A DNA stretch of 63,405 nt, filler included, from Octopus bimaculoides (Eukaryota): the NCBI RefSeq assembly GCF_001194135.2. It is 5 parts of 5 records of this genome, joined end to end, with 100 filler letters (N's around TTAATTAATTAA, not from the genome) between each part and the next. Parts side by side here need not be neighbours in the genome. Positions count along the whole stretch, not along the records: positions 1 to 15,878 come from NC_068991.1; 4 more parts are not named here. One strand, written 5' to 3'. The translations under genes and the position numbers were made by a program. Under the pieces are notes generated by a model. The model saw only the letters and a program-made list of their open reading frames with translations, was not told the DNA's origin and did not search any database. Positions 1-11,155 of this stretch are shown here, piece after piece; position 1 is the stretch's first letter, and each line of letters begins with the position of its first letter.

Positions 1-162
1 ATTCAGTTGGCTTCCAGTCAGCTAATTTTACTCAAAGGAACTGCCTTCAGCTTCCACCACGGCCTCAGGGTGGCTCCGGAACCTGGCACATGCGTTCTTC
101 ACCGTGTCACTGGGAAGATCTTTGAACACCTTCATTCAGGTGAAGAAATACATACACGCATG

Positions 163-195
<33 letters not shown>

Positions 196-289
196 GTGTG
201 ATAGGTGTGTATAGGATGTGCTTATGTGTGCTTACGCGTTTGTGTCGAGGAGATATAGGGCACAGCATAACTGAAAGGCTAAGAAGTGG

Positions 290-828
290 CTGAGTATTAC
301 ACATACTCGAACACCTTCATCCAGCTAGCCCTTGGTGTTGCAAAAAGAGCGGTTGGTGTCTTTCTCAACCGCCCCCCCCCAACACATAGTAATCCATGAG
401 ATTGCAATCGGGGTAATTAGAAGGTCAGAGATTGAGGCTGGTGAAGTCGTAGAAAATTTCCAACAACCTTTCTAACTCTTTTCCAGCGGTATGGTAAGGA
501 GCCAAATCCTACTGCCACGCATATGACCTTCCAGCAGCTGTCCTCTCCAGCCAGGGTTTGACCATAGTCTCCAAAAGCAACACATAACCATCTGAATTGA
601 GCCTAAGACTCCGTTCATGTGAGGATGAAATTTCGGCGTGCGGACGCAATCAGAACGCCTACTATGTATTTTCCTATAGGCCACTGCTGCGTAGTCTCCG
701 TTGAAACTGTCCATGTCACGTTTTACAACCTTTACAGTGTTTACAGAGCACTGAGCAGCAGTCCTGATGTCAGAATTTTGATACCCGGCGCGAATCATGA
801 TACGGCACACACACATATTATATGGCAT
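290..828 (-). mobile_element. Degenerate, internally deleted Tc1/mariner transposase, DD37D (maT)-like
   Basis: ORF 472..828 gives an N-terminal HTH-like part (RAGYQNSDIRTAAQCSVNTVK..RKIHSRRSDCVRTPKF). Another minus frame reads RLNSDGYVLLLETMVKPWLERTAAGRSYAWQ*DLAPYH...L*PSNYPDCNLMDYYV, matching QQDxAPxH and WPxxSPDxNPxDY, with 37 residues between the 2nd and 3rd catalytic Asp. In-frame stops present. Confidence 0.8.
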
Positions 829-929
829 ACTGTTCGTTTGTTGATAGGATCAGTAAAAAGTACCCATGCAAGTTAGAGATTTCGTGTGTGTTAAATTTAA
901 AACTGAGGTAGAGATTCGGTTTTATTGAA

Positions 930-1310
930 TGTTTCGATATTAACCTTTTCCCAGGAGTGCATTTGTCACATTTTTGCTGGCTCTTTCGAGTATTTTCCAT
1001 CCGACGCTGTAATTCAATGCAGTGTCTTTCACAAACAAAAATTCTCGAGAAAGCTCAGACGTGCCGCCGTTTAACATTGCTTAAGTATGTGATTGTAATA
1101 GCGTATCTTAAATTGTCCTTTAGTCATCCCTATGTATACACCGTCTTAGAGAATTGCTTTAGATAGGACTTGATTGTTCCACTTCTGCTTGGTTGATAAT
1201 GAGTTTAGTATTGCAGGACCCGTTCCGTGGGCTGTGGTGTTTCTGGAAGAACAGCTTTCTCCTGGTGTGATTGAGGGATTATATGAATTGTGGGACAATT
1301 ATATCTCAAT
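930..1310 (-). mobile_element. Penelope-like element relic (GIY-YIG endonuclease region)
   Basis: Manual minus-strand translation across frameshifts: IINQAEV, GVYIGMTKGQFKIRYYNH, SELSREFLFVKD..NYSVGWKILERA, then CDKC. This is the YIG..FKxRYxNH..LS..LK..W.IL..CxxC pattern of PLE endonucleases. Confidence 0.65.
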
Positions 1311-1546
1311 TTAACCCTTTAGCATTTAAAGTGGTCATATCCGGCCAAAATATTCTTCCTGTTTTATGTTTAAACCGGCCAGATCCAGCCCCTTACATTT
1401 ACCCAACAATGTCTTCTTAAAAATAAACAATTAAACAATTACATCATCGAAATCTTGAAGCTACAAGATAATGCTTGATTAATTAAAAAACAATGTGAAT
1501 AAATAAGCTTTACATATGACAGAGTAATCTAAATACAAAGGATTAA
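1311..1546. mobile_element. piggyBac-type MITE (TTAA-flanked)
   Basis: Starts TTAACCCTTTAGCATTTA and ends TAAATACAAAGGATTAA (degenerate inverted copy); TTAA at both ends; no coding capacity. Confidence 0.6.
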
Positions 1547-2149
1547 GGGTTTAGTACTGTCCAATAATTTCTAATATCTGTGTTGGAAGAAAGTATTTTT
1601 TCTAAGTTGAGAAAATGTTTTTAGCTATATTAGATCTAATATTAAATGTGTAGGGTGGGGCAAACTAAATGACGTCAGTTCGTCTTCTTTTGTGTGTGTG
1701 GGGGGGGGGGGGTTCTTGAGTTTAGTGTATTAATGATATTGAATGCTCTCATTCCCTATTTAACAGATACGAATGTAGCATATATAAGTGCGTGTATGTG
1801 TGTTTAAGTGTGAAGGTGGTGAATCCGTCGGTTTCGACAATGTTTCACTCATTCGGTCAGCAGAATTGCTTACTTGTTATAGTTCTATCGTAAATGGCTG
1901 AATACTCCACATACACTCGTGCCCTTAATGTAAACCTCGGGTATAATCAGCGTGACCCCCAATGTGTAACAAGACTGCCTGTGTACAATCCACCCGTCTA
2001 CTCAGTTTTACTTGTAAGATTTGTGCCCACTCGAGACTGTGGTGAATCTCGAAGTCCTTGGTTCGATTTTCAATGTGGTGGGTTGAACCTCGTTGCTGCA
2101 GGGTGACCTTCCTAGTCTTTCAGCTATGCTGTGCCCTATATCTCCTCAA

Positions 2150-2955
2150 CACAAACGCGCAACCACACATACGCACATCTATACACACCTGTCACACATA
2201 TACATATATATACATGCGTGTATGTATTTCTAGTTTTATTTCACTCCATACACTCACGTATCCACACACTTAGGCATATAGATACGCATACATGCAAACG
2301 TACTCACGCACTCATGTACACACCACACACACACACACATACACACATGCATCAAATATAAACATGCGACACACAGAAACATATACACACGCATACATGT
2401 AAATACACATTGGCGCACTCTTGTATGCACAACACACACGCATACACACACGCGTGCCCATTTGTACGTACGCATACATGCACACAAACATAGACACGCA
2501 CAGGCATGCAAACACACACCAAATACACACACGCACACAAACCAAATACATGTAAACACATTCACATCAAATACATACACAGACATATATACACATACAT
2601 GCAAAGCAAACAAAAAAAACAATCGCGCACTTATATACATAAACTTATAGACACACATATACGCAAACACACGCTCACACCCACACATATGCACACATCA
2701 CACCACACAAATATATATATACACACACACATACACATTTCACATACAAACACACCAGAGTTACATATCTAGAAACAACACGTTCGCATGAACGCGCACG
2801 CGCACATATACACACACAGACACACTCACATGCAGACAAACATACACATACATATAACGAATATAAACACACGCAAACATAGACACATAGAAACAACACA
2901 CTCGCACACGTACGCACACACACACGCATACACACACACACACACACACAAACAC
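2150..2955. repeat. Long degenerate (CA/TA) cryptic microsatellite
   Basis: Continuous CACA/TACA low-complexity tract; source of the HTHT/CVCV ORFs. Confidence 0.9.
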
Positions 2956-3295
2956 ACTTGAGAAATGGCCATTAAGACAGTCAGTGATTCGTCAACACAT
3001 GAATGCACAATGATGAAATATGAGTGAGACATTCCAATGTGACGTGAACAACTGAAGGTTGGGTGACATTCTTCTCTTCCCCCAGCCCATCCCATCCCAT
3101 CCCACCACCACTGCAACCTCCCACCACCACTGCTACCCACTCGACCTATTGCTTGTCACCTGACTCGAGTCGAGCCGACGCGGTAGCCTTTACCTGGTCA
3201 TTCGAGCTGCTAGAAATAGCACCCGAATCTATCTGAAATTACTCTCTACTGTCTCGAAATTAAAGAAAGAGTATGTTAGTTAATGTAGTCAGCAG

Positions 3296-3365
3296 ATGTG
3301 GCTGTGTGGTAAGAAGCTTGCTTCCCAACCACATGGTTCAGGTTCAGTCCCACTGCATGGCACTT
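3296..3365 (+). mobile_element. 5' head fragment of the abundant tRNA-derived SINE (family A)
   Basis: GGCTGTGTGGTAAGAAGCTTGCTTCCCAACCACATGGTTCAGGTTCAGTCCCACTGC matches the heads at 44241 and 63110. Confidence 0.75.
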
Positions 3366-3650
3366 TTGAGCGGGATGGGCTACTCGACCTGAAGAAAATT
3401 CTAACTGGGCCCCACCTGCGAGGTCATGCGCTGTTTATCTTGATATGAGACCACTATGGTTGGTCGCATGTGCCTGGTGTACCCTTATCAGACGGGTAGT
3501 CATGATGGGTATAATGGGTTTCGTATATTTTACCCCAGTGTCACTCTGATGGCATGCACTGCTCTCTCACTCAATAATAATAGTAATAATAATAACATCG
3601 TAAAATACCTTAGGAATGAGAACTCAGGTTCGAAATTTCCCCAAGACACT

Positions 3651-4680
3651 TGTAGCGTACNNNNNNNNNNNNNNNNNNNNNNNNNNNNNNNNNNNNNNNN
3701 NNNNNNNNNNNNNNNNNNNNNNNNNNNNNNNNNNNNNNNNNNNNGGACGTAGAGAATAACAGCTAGCATTCGGCCGCATCTTTGGACCCTGTTGTGTCCA
3801 CCACTCTGATAGGTTGGTATTGGCGCATTTTGTTTCTTGTTCTATTTCGCGCCAGGGTGCAACCCAACCAATCGCAGCCTTCAGAATAAGGTTGCGTGGG
3901 ACAGTTTTTCTGAACCCCTGTTTGAGCCGATAGTATCTTATAAATAGCTAGCTTTTCACTGTCCCGGTTGCCAGTCTGCTTCAGACCTTCTGAGGTCTAG
4001 CCGCTGACCACAGAGCACACAGCCAGTTCCAGCGACGACACGACACAGCTTCACGGAGATCCAACACTTCGTTCAACAGCTTACTGCAAACTCCATCTTC
4101 GTCGCCTCCAGCTCCTTAGCGTCTACACCAACTTCTCTACGTATACACCAGCCAGCAACGCTCGCACAGTTATTCTACAAGCTGTTTGTGAATTGCTTCA
4201 CCATGGTTAACAGCGATTACAACCTGTGAGAACTCCTGTACCAAGTAACCTGCCGCAGCTTCGAAGCCTCAACTTCTCACAGCATGTGTCTTTTCGGCTC
4301 TGCCTTGCCGCCACAACTTCTTGTTACAGCACCTCAACTACTGAGTACCTTGAATACGAACTAGTATTTTATCATCCTGTGTCTGGACTTTCTTCTAACG
4401 TCCTTTTCTATGCTCTGTATTTCTCGCACACACTCACATCTATGTTTGTATACACATACACTTGTTTGCCTGACGGCCTGTCTATTGTTGTGTTTATTAT
4501 GTCGCACTAACACACACAGACATACAAGTTGACATATCAATAAAACCTTCTCTTAAATCTTCTACCGGTTGTGTCTCTCTTTTCCTTTTTTGGAACTTAT
4601 ACTCATTTTTTTGTATCGACCGTGCGATGCGCTAAAGAAGCCATTACTTGTCACTATCTCCTGGTCGCACGGTCGTTACA
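3651..4680 (+). mobile_element. Solo LTR (about 1.03 kb including an 85-N gap)
   Basis: Termini TGTAGCG...CGTTACA (TG..CA, 6/7 inverted); TATAAATA at 3939-3946; AATAAA at 4539-4544; flanks CACT / CACCT resemble a 4-5 bp TSD. Confidence 0.75.
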
Positions 4681-4724
4681 CACCTGATGAAGGCTGGAGG
4701 GTATATCAGCCGAAACGTTGTGTT
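4681..4724 (+). ncRNA. Minimal type I hammerhead ribozyme motif
   Basis: CTGATGA core at 4684-4690, one extra A, stem II GGCTG/CAGCC, GAAA at 4712-4715, palindromic ACGT in place of stem III, cleavage triplet GUU (4717-4719), stem I (GA)CAC/GTGTT. Confidence 0.65.
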
Positions 4725-6959
4725 AACAACAAACAAGATGAGGACGAATATTCGTCAAATGTAAAAAATGTAAATAATGTACATAATTTCTCATCTCTTA
4801 AATATAGAACTGCATGAAAATAAGTTGACTGGAAGTTGTCGTAAAGTGATCATGAAGAGATCTGGTGAAATCCCTTTAGTTTATCAAGAGAGCTCCCTCA
4901 TTAAGCCGCGTCCACAGGCGCCTGATTGTATAGTCCATTCTCGTGATATGTTAAATATTTCAGAAATAGCAACTGAGGTGCATCATTCCAGCGTACTGTA
5001 CTTGGCCTCAAAGAAAATCGCTGAGATGACAGTTCGGTGGCTTGCCTGTCAACGCATGGTTGCCTACTTAATTAGCCCTGGGCCTCAAGGTTAAGTTTGA
5101 GAAACTAGCAGAGTAAGCTGCAAATAAACCGACAGAAGGCATCACGAAGATACCATAAGAAAAAAAAACGCGTATCTTTAGACTTGTACATAGAAGTCCA
5201 TTATCAAGCGACGTCCGTAAAACAAACATGGTACATAAAGAGAGAGAGAGCGAGAGGGGGAGGGATAGAGATAGATAGATAAAGAAAGAGAGTGAGAGAG
5301 AGAGAGAAATATTCCTATACAGTTTCTACTGGTTTCTATTTAATTAGACGTGAGGCCAATATTTTATGTCCAGTAGGAGAAGTAATGAATTCGTTTATTC
5401 TATCTCTGAATGTAAGTCTTGAAGCTGGTACAGTTGTTACTGCACCAGGCAAAACGTTACATTTGTTCCAGTTATTTACGTTCTCAGTTCAAATGCCACC
5501 GAGGTCAACGTTGCCTTTGATTCTTTCTCCTTTCGAAGTCCATAAAGCAAGTATCAATTTGAACATTGACCATTGGGGGTTCGATGTAGACGACCAACTG
5601 CCCCATTCCTAAAAATTACTGGCCTTGTATCGAAATTTGAAAGATTTTATCACCTCTACCCAAGGCTAGTTGAATGTATATATGATAACGAAGCGAACGT
5701 GTTAATCACATAACCAAGGCTACGGCAGTAAATTAAATAAATAAAACACATAGGTGTATAAATATATATAGGTTAAAATGAAAAGAAAAACAAACTCGTA
5801 AACAAAAGAACGAAATTTTGTTACTGTGGGTGAAAGCCTGATCAGAAATCACAATGGTTCGAACTAAAGGAACGTGTTTTTTTTTTATATATAGTTTTAT
5901 GTGTTATGTAAAAAGGTTTTATAGGTATTTCGTAATTCTTGTTTGACAGCTCGTTGCAAAAAAACAAAACAAAACGAAATAAAACAAAGCAAGAAGAAGA
6001 AAAAAAATATCAAATGCTTAAAAGGAAAGACTACAAGACTCAGAGAATAAAGAAGTGGAAGGAGTAAAAGGATGAAGAAGGGTAGAAGGAATAGTAGAAA
6101 AACAAAAGGACGTTGACCAAGAGGAAATGGAGGAGGAGGAGAGGAGGAAAAGGGGTGGTGGTGGGGGTAGTGGCAGAAAACAGAAGACCATCACAGAAGA
6201 ACAAAAAATGTTCTTGTAAATTTCCAAGACACAAAGTGGTGGTGGTAGTGGTGGTTATGGAGGTGGTGGAGATGGTGATGGTGGCAGTGGTGGTGGTGGT
6301 GGTGGTGGTAGAGTATGGAGGGGGGGCAAGGGGCAACTATTCAATAATGATCTGTTGTCGCTGTTGTTGCGTCACTTCTGGTTTGGTTCTCCCTACCACC
6401 ACCACTAATTGGCTCTGCTGAACCAGACCTACCACCACCACACAATCAAACGAAAGAGTAATCCTCTATGTGGTTGCTCAGCTTGCTGAAAATAGCAGCC
6501 ACATTTATCCTCGGATCATAGTCTACGGCCATAAAAGAAAAGCAAATAACAACGACAACAAGAACAAGATACGAACAAATGAAAAATATGCATTGGTCGA
6601 TTTAAATCTGGATAAGCAAAAAAGCAAAAATACCCAAATACTCTGGATGAATGTGGCTGGAATAGCTGTGAGCAAAGATCAGATATATCAAAGCTGCTTT
6701 GGACCGATACACCAACAAAAGGCCATAACAACCAATCGAAAACTTAGTATCAACCCACACAGAACCAACACTACACTATCCCATTCCCAAATTGTAGATA
6801 TTACAGGTTCGGCATTATAGCCGGAAGAAATTTGGCGAGGCAGAACAAAACTGCCTAAACCTCCATGCAAACAGTGATGTCCGCAAATTGACTGTCTAAC
6901 CACTGGAACGCGTCCGTTCCACATGAAACAATAACAGACGATCTTATCTGATCAGGTGA

Positions 6960-9100
6960 TAGGGCAAGGCGCAGTAGTAAAAAAGAAATAACGGAGGTAA
7001 TGTAGGCATTTGCCACCTTTTCCCGCTCTTTCAGGGACAGCCTCTTCTCGGCTTATATTTGGTTAGGATTTGCCGCGTCCCAGTTCCTACCCCATATAGA
7101 GATCGGAACCTAACCAGACCCCCGAGCACTTTAACAAGTCCGTCAGTGCAGCGTCCCACGACGCCCGTCCGACGGCACGGACCTGTCTTTCCAGGTGCCC
7201 AGTCCAAAGTCTACCGATTTATCTACGTTGACTTTAGTGCCTTCTACCGACTCGTATGCCCGACTCGTATGCCCTTACATGTTGACTGTCACTTTTCGAT
7301 GACACCCGACGCCATGATGGTGATGTCGTCTGCGTATGCCGACACGGCCCTCCTGGCTCATTTCGAACTGTTCCAACTTCATCAGTAGTGGCCTCGAGAA
7401 CCTCCGCGAGCAGGAAGTTCTGACGGACCTAACGTGGGATGCGAAAGGGTTCTAAGAAGTGGCCGTTTACTTTGATCACACAATTATCATTCTTCCTACA
7501 TTCATTACATTTTCTACAAAATCAACTTTTTTTTATATATATATATTCTCTAACAGAACAAAATAATCACATAAATAAAGAAAATATCTTGGCTTCCAAG
7601 TAATGATAGCCAACCCTATCGAAAGCTTTCAGCTGATCCAAATTGATCAGGGCCCCACCTAAGCCAGCTTTGGTCCCAGCCGTCTCTATGACGTATCGCA
7701 TAAGGTGGTGGTTGTAGTGGACGGTATTCGAGCTCACACATATTTGCGCTTCCCTGACCAGACCATCGACGACAAGTGCCATCCTTTTTTTCTAACGCTT
7801 TTCCAAAATCTTAAACTCTGTGATTAGCAGAGTTATAGGCCAAAAATTTGCTTGCCACGTCCCTTTGTTACCGTCCTTTTTCAGCAGCGTTACAAATCCC
7901 TGACGTACCGCACTAGTAATTCTTCTATTCTGCTGCCAGTTGCTGTAGATGCCTGCCAAGACTCATGGAATTCGTGGAGCAGACTATCTCAACAAGGTGA
8001 TTTGCGACGTGTACAGCCGTTCATCGTTTTCCTTATTTCAAGGACCGTTATTAACTTCTCACAGAACCTCCGCCGAGAGCCGCGGCAGGCTCTCCAAGTA
8101 AGAACTAAAATCCGCTACCGCCTCTGACCCATTGCCTGTCTCAAAGAGAAGTGACACAGGCAAACCCCATGTATCTACTCGGAATCAAGTAGCATACCCC
8201 CGTCTCAGCCTATCAAAGACCTGATTGTGGTTCTATTTTTTCGACGTCACTCCTTCGCAGTTCGGGCCCGTCGGACAGTTTTCGTTCCCTCGTGTTTAAG
8301 AACATGCGCCTTTGCTTTGACTACACAGCCTTTGTGTTTCGCCTTGAAGAAATGGTCAATAGCCATTCTCGCTGCATACACATCGGTTGCAACCTCAAGA
8401 TTAATAACTAGTTGTCCCTCTAATCTATTTCTCTTTATTGCTAGCTCTTTGCTAAACGCTATCGATTCTGCTCTTATCATCCTCTTCAGGGCGCCCAACC
8501 ATTGGTTATTGACGATCGCCTCTGTCAACTGTCGCTTAACTCAGGGGTTTTCAAACTTTTTGACTTGCGGACCCCTTTATATTTCAGGCTTTACCTTAGG
8601 GACCCCCTTATAAACACTTATGAAATTTACACATAAATATTTGCTTAAAATAACAGATATTTTTACATTTATTTATTTAACAGTATTTAACAAATAGGTT
8701 TATTGTCAATTAAAAGATTTCGATTAAAAAACATATATAAAATCAAATTGCCCATAAAAAGTATTTGCTGTCCACGGACCCCCTGTCTTGTTCTTGCGGA
8801 CCCACTGTGGTCCGCGGACCACAGTTTGAAAACCCCTGGCTTAACTAATCCAATCCATGTAGTTTTTGCGTGCCTGTAAAGATGCGTTCAGCTTTCAGTA
8901 ACCAACTCTCTTTCTACAGGTCTTATCTAAGTCGACCGAAAAGATCACAAATTTGTGATCTGTCAAACCGACCTGTTTGAACTCTTGACATACTTCGTTA
9001 TCCCTATCCACTGGCCTAACAAACGCTCTGTCTAGGTAAGATCTAGATGGTCCGTTATGGTTGCTTCATAACGGGTCCTTGTGGACACGGTTGCTCTAAA
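6960..9100 (-). mobile_element. Tx1/L1-clade LINE ORF2 relic (endonuclease end to RT)
   Basis: SRSYLDRAFV..LTDHKFV..GY*KLNAS (APE end, 8880-9060); ORF 8247..8528; ALINLDQLKAFDRV (ORF 7567..7782); VSAYADDITI (about 7320-7345); VANAYITSVIS..APCP at the low end. Many stops and frameshifts. Confidence 0.85.
8542..8838. mobile_element. hAT (Charlie-like) MITE inserted in the Tx1 relic
   Basis: Perfect 16-bp TIRs CAGGGGTTTTCAAACT / AGTTTGAAAACCCCTG; perfect 8-bp TSD GCTTAACT at 8534-8541 and 8839-8846. Confidence 0.92.
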
Positions 9101-9524
9101 TTCCACAAGATATTGTATTCGATACTCTGTTATTTCTGCCCCCATCGCTCTATACCTGTTTCAAATTTTTGCCACAAGATCAGTAATTTTAAAGAGAAGC
9201 AGTTTTTCGATTACTTCAGCCGTAGTATTCAACTGGTACCTATCAATTCCGAATGAATAAAAGACAAAGTCGACCTTGGCGGGAATTGAACTCAAAACTC
9301 TAATTCAAGCCCAATGCCTGGAATTTTGAAGTGAAGTGTGGGGATGGGGGTGTTAGTGTATACCATTGATCCCAATGTGGAAACCAATTCCACCTCCACC
9401 CCAGAAGAAGGCGATTCAAAGATGTGACCCTAGCGAGTTTCAAACTCGTAACTAAGTATGATTTTGTTTGGAAGGTTGATTTTGCCTTCTGTCAACCTCA
9501 GAAGTCATAAAAGACATTACAGCA

Positions 9525-9884
9525 ACGGCCAACAACTGGAGCACCGCCTTTAGTCGAACAAATCGACCCCAGGACTCATTATAAGCCTAGTACTTATTCT
9601 ATCGGTCTATTTTGCCGAACCGCTAAGTTACGGGGACGTAAACACACCAACATCGGTTGTCAAGCGACGGTGGCGGGACAAACACAGACACACAAACACG
9701 CACACACACACATATATATACGACGGGCTTCTTTCAGTTTCCGTCGACCAAATCCACTCACAAGGCTTTGGTTGGCTAGAGGCTATAGTAGAAGACATTT
9801 GCCCAAGGTGTCACGCAGTGGGGCTGAACCCGGAACCATGTGGTTGGTTAGCAAGTTACTTACCACACAACTACTCCTGCGCCT
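9525..9884 (-). mobile_element. Near full-length tRNA-derived SINE (family A) with internal (TA)(TG) microsatellite
   Basis: Head at 9884; core GGGCAAATGTCTTCTACTATAGCC; internal microsatellite; tail AAGGCGGTGCTCCAG. Matches many copies in the window. Confidence 0.85.
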
Positions 9885-10096
9885 ATAGTGGAAGGTTTGA
9901 GAATCACTGGTGTAAGCAGTTGTGATACATGCTAGAAATAACAGCTAAACCACCTTCGGTTTCACCCCCATCCCTCATCACCTGTTTTGAAATTGAAATG
10001 ACTTTTTGAATTATGCAGCCTTTGGGTACTCGAAATCAGGTGGTGGTGGTGGGGGGATGGAATAGTCGAACAGCTGACTTTGAGAGTTAAGCAACA

Positions 10097-10141
<45 letters not shown>

Positions 10142-10870
10142 GCTGCTGCTGCTACTACCAACAGTTTTCTTATAGAGCTAACAATGTCAGTCTTTGTGTC
10201 AAGATTTCTGTCCTCTTTTTGTTACTAGTATTGCATCAAGGACACACACACACAAACAAACATGCAAACATGTTTCTACATTAATATACAGAATCTCTAC
10301 ATGCACACAGTCGCATAAAACATTAATTCACATTTCCGCTCGTTCAGATACAGAAATACACACATATAGACACACACACACACATACACACACGCCTGCA
10401 CATGACCGCAAGCGCGCGCATCATTCTGTCTCTTAACCAGTCATTCACTTTCATATATGCATAGGTTTACAGATACATATTTGGAAGCTGTTCTTCAGTT
10501 CATTGTGTAAAGCGTGGTGCTGTGAGACAAGAAGAAAGTTAACGAACAATTTGAAATGTTATTTGTTTAAACATTTCGTTATGTATATAGTATTTAAATT
10601 AAATGTGAAATTTTCTCACAACTTTGTGTGTACGCACATACACACACATACAAATCTGAACGTACATTCGAAAAAAGTTATACGTGGAGTTTAATAAACA
10701 CCTTTACAATTTGGCTTCTCAAAAAGACTAATTGCCATTGGATGTATTGGGAACAAACTCTGTTGCAAACACACGATTGAACAGTTAAAACCGATTAATA
10801 CCAGCAACTAATTTGGCCAACAACCGGGTCATGTGACTTGATGCTAAGAAAAGCATTGGTGAGCCAATAT

Positions 10871-11155
10871 TCAACCCATTACCTCCCATAATTCTATTAA
10901 CTGGAATTTTTTAATGAAACTTTGATTTCTAGCATAAAACAGCCTTAGAAACACGCTGGAATGATCAAAATAACATTTTAAATAGAAATAAGCGAGATAT
11001 TGGGTGAAAAATGAGCAAACCTCATTTGAATATCAGAGAAATATACCTAGTAGATATAGCAAAAAGGTTAGACATGTGTAAATATTGACAGATAATTACG
11101 AAATTTGTAATTTTTAAGTGATCTCATATGAGATCACTGGTAGGTAATGGGTTAA
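10871..11155. mobile_element. piggyBac-type MITE
   Basis: TIRs TCAACCCATTACCTCCCA / TGGTAGGTAATGGGTTAA (TTAA, with the left copy mutated to TCAA). Confidence 0.7.

Larger units (their letters stand above)
3366..4815 (+). mobile_element. Hammerhead-bearing non-coding interspersed repeat (Penelope/retrozyme-like), split by a solo LTR
   Basis: Left part ends ...TTTCCCCAAGACACT (3650); right part resumes CACCTGATGAAGG (4681). Removing the insert restores CCCCAAGACACCTGATGAAGG, the 5' arm and core of a hammerhead. Left boundary approximate. Confidence 0.5.

Noticed and set aside
3079-3103. Canonical G-quadruplex motif (GGGAT)n on the minus strand
   Set aside because: A simple repeat in intergenic-like DNA with no functional context; expected by chance in this repeat load.
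6470-6820. 116-aa ORF as a host exon or LINE endonuclease start (TQILWMNVAGI)
   Set aside because: Only one short motif-like stretch, no following ETW/GGV motifs and no convincing splice sites.
7355-7390. CTGATGA...GAAA on the minus strand as a hammerhead (also 11610-11630 and 17690)
   Set aside because: No stem II or stem I pairing; 7380 and 17690 are RT coding sequence (LMKLEQ; YADD).
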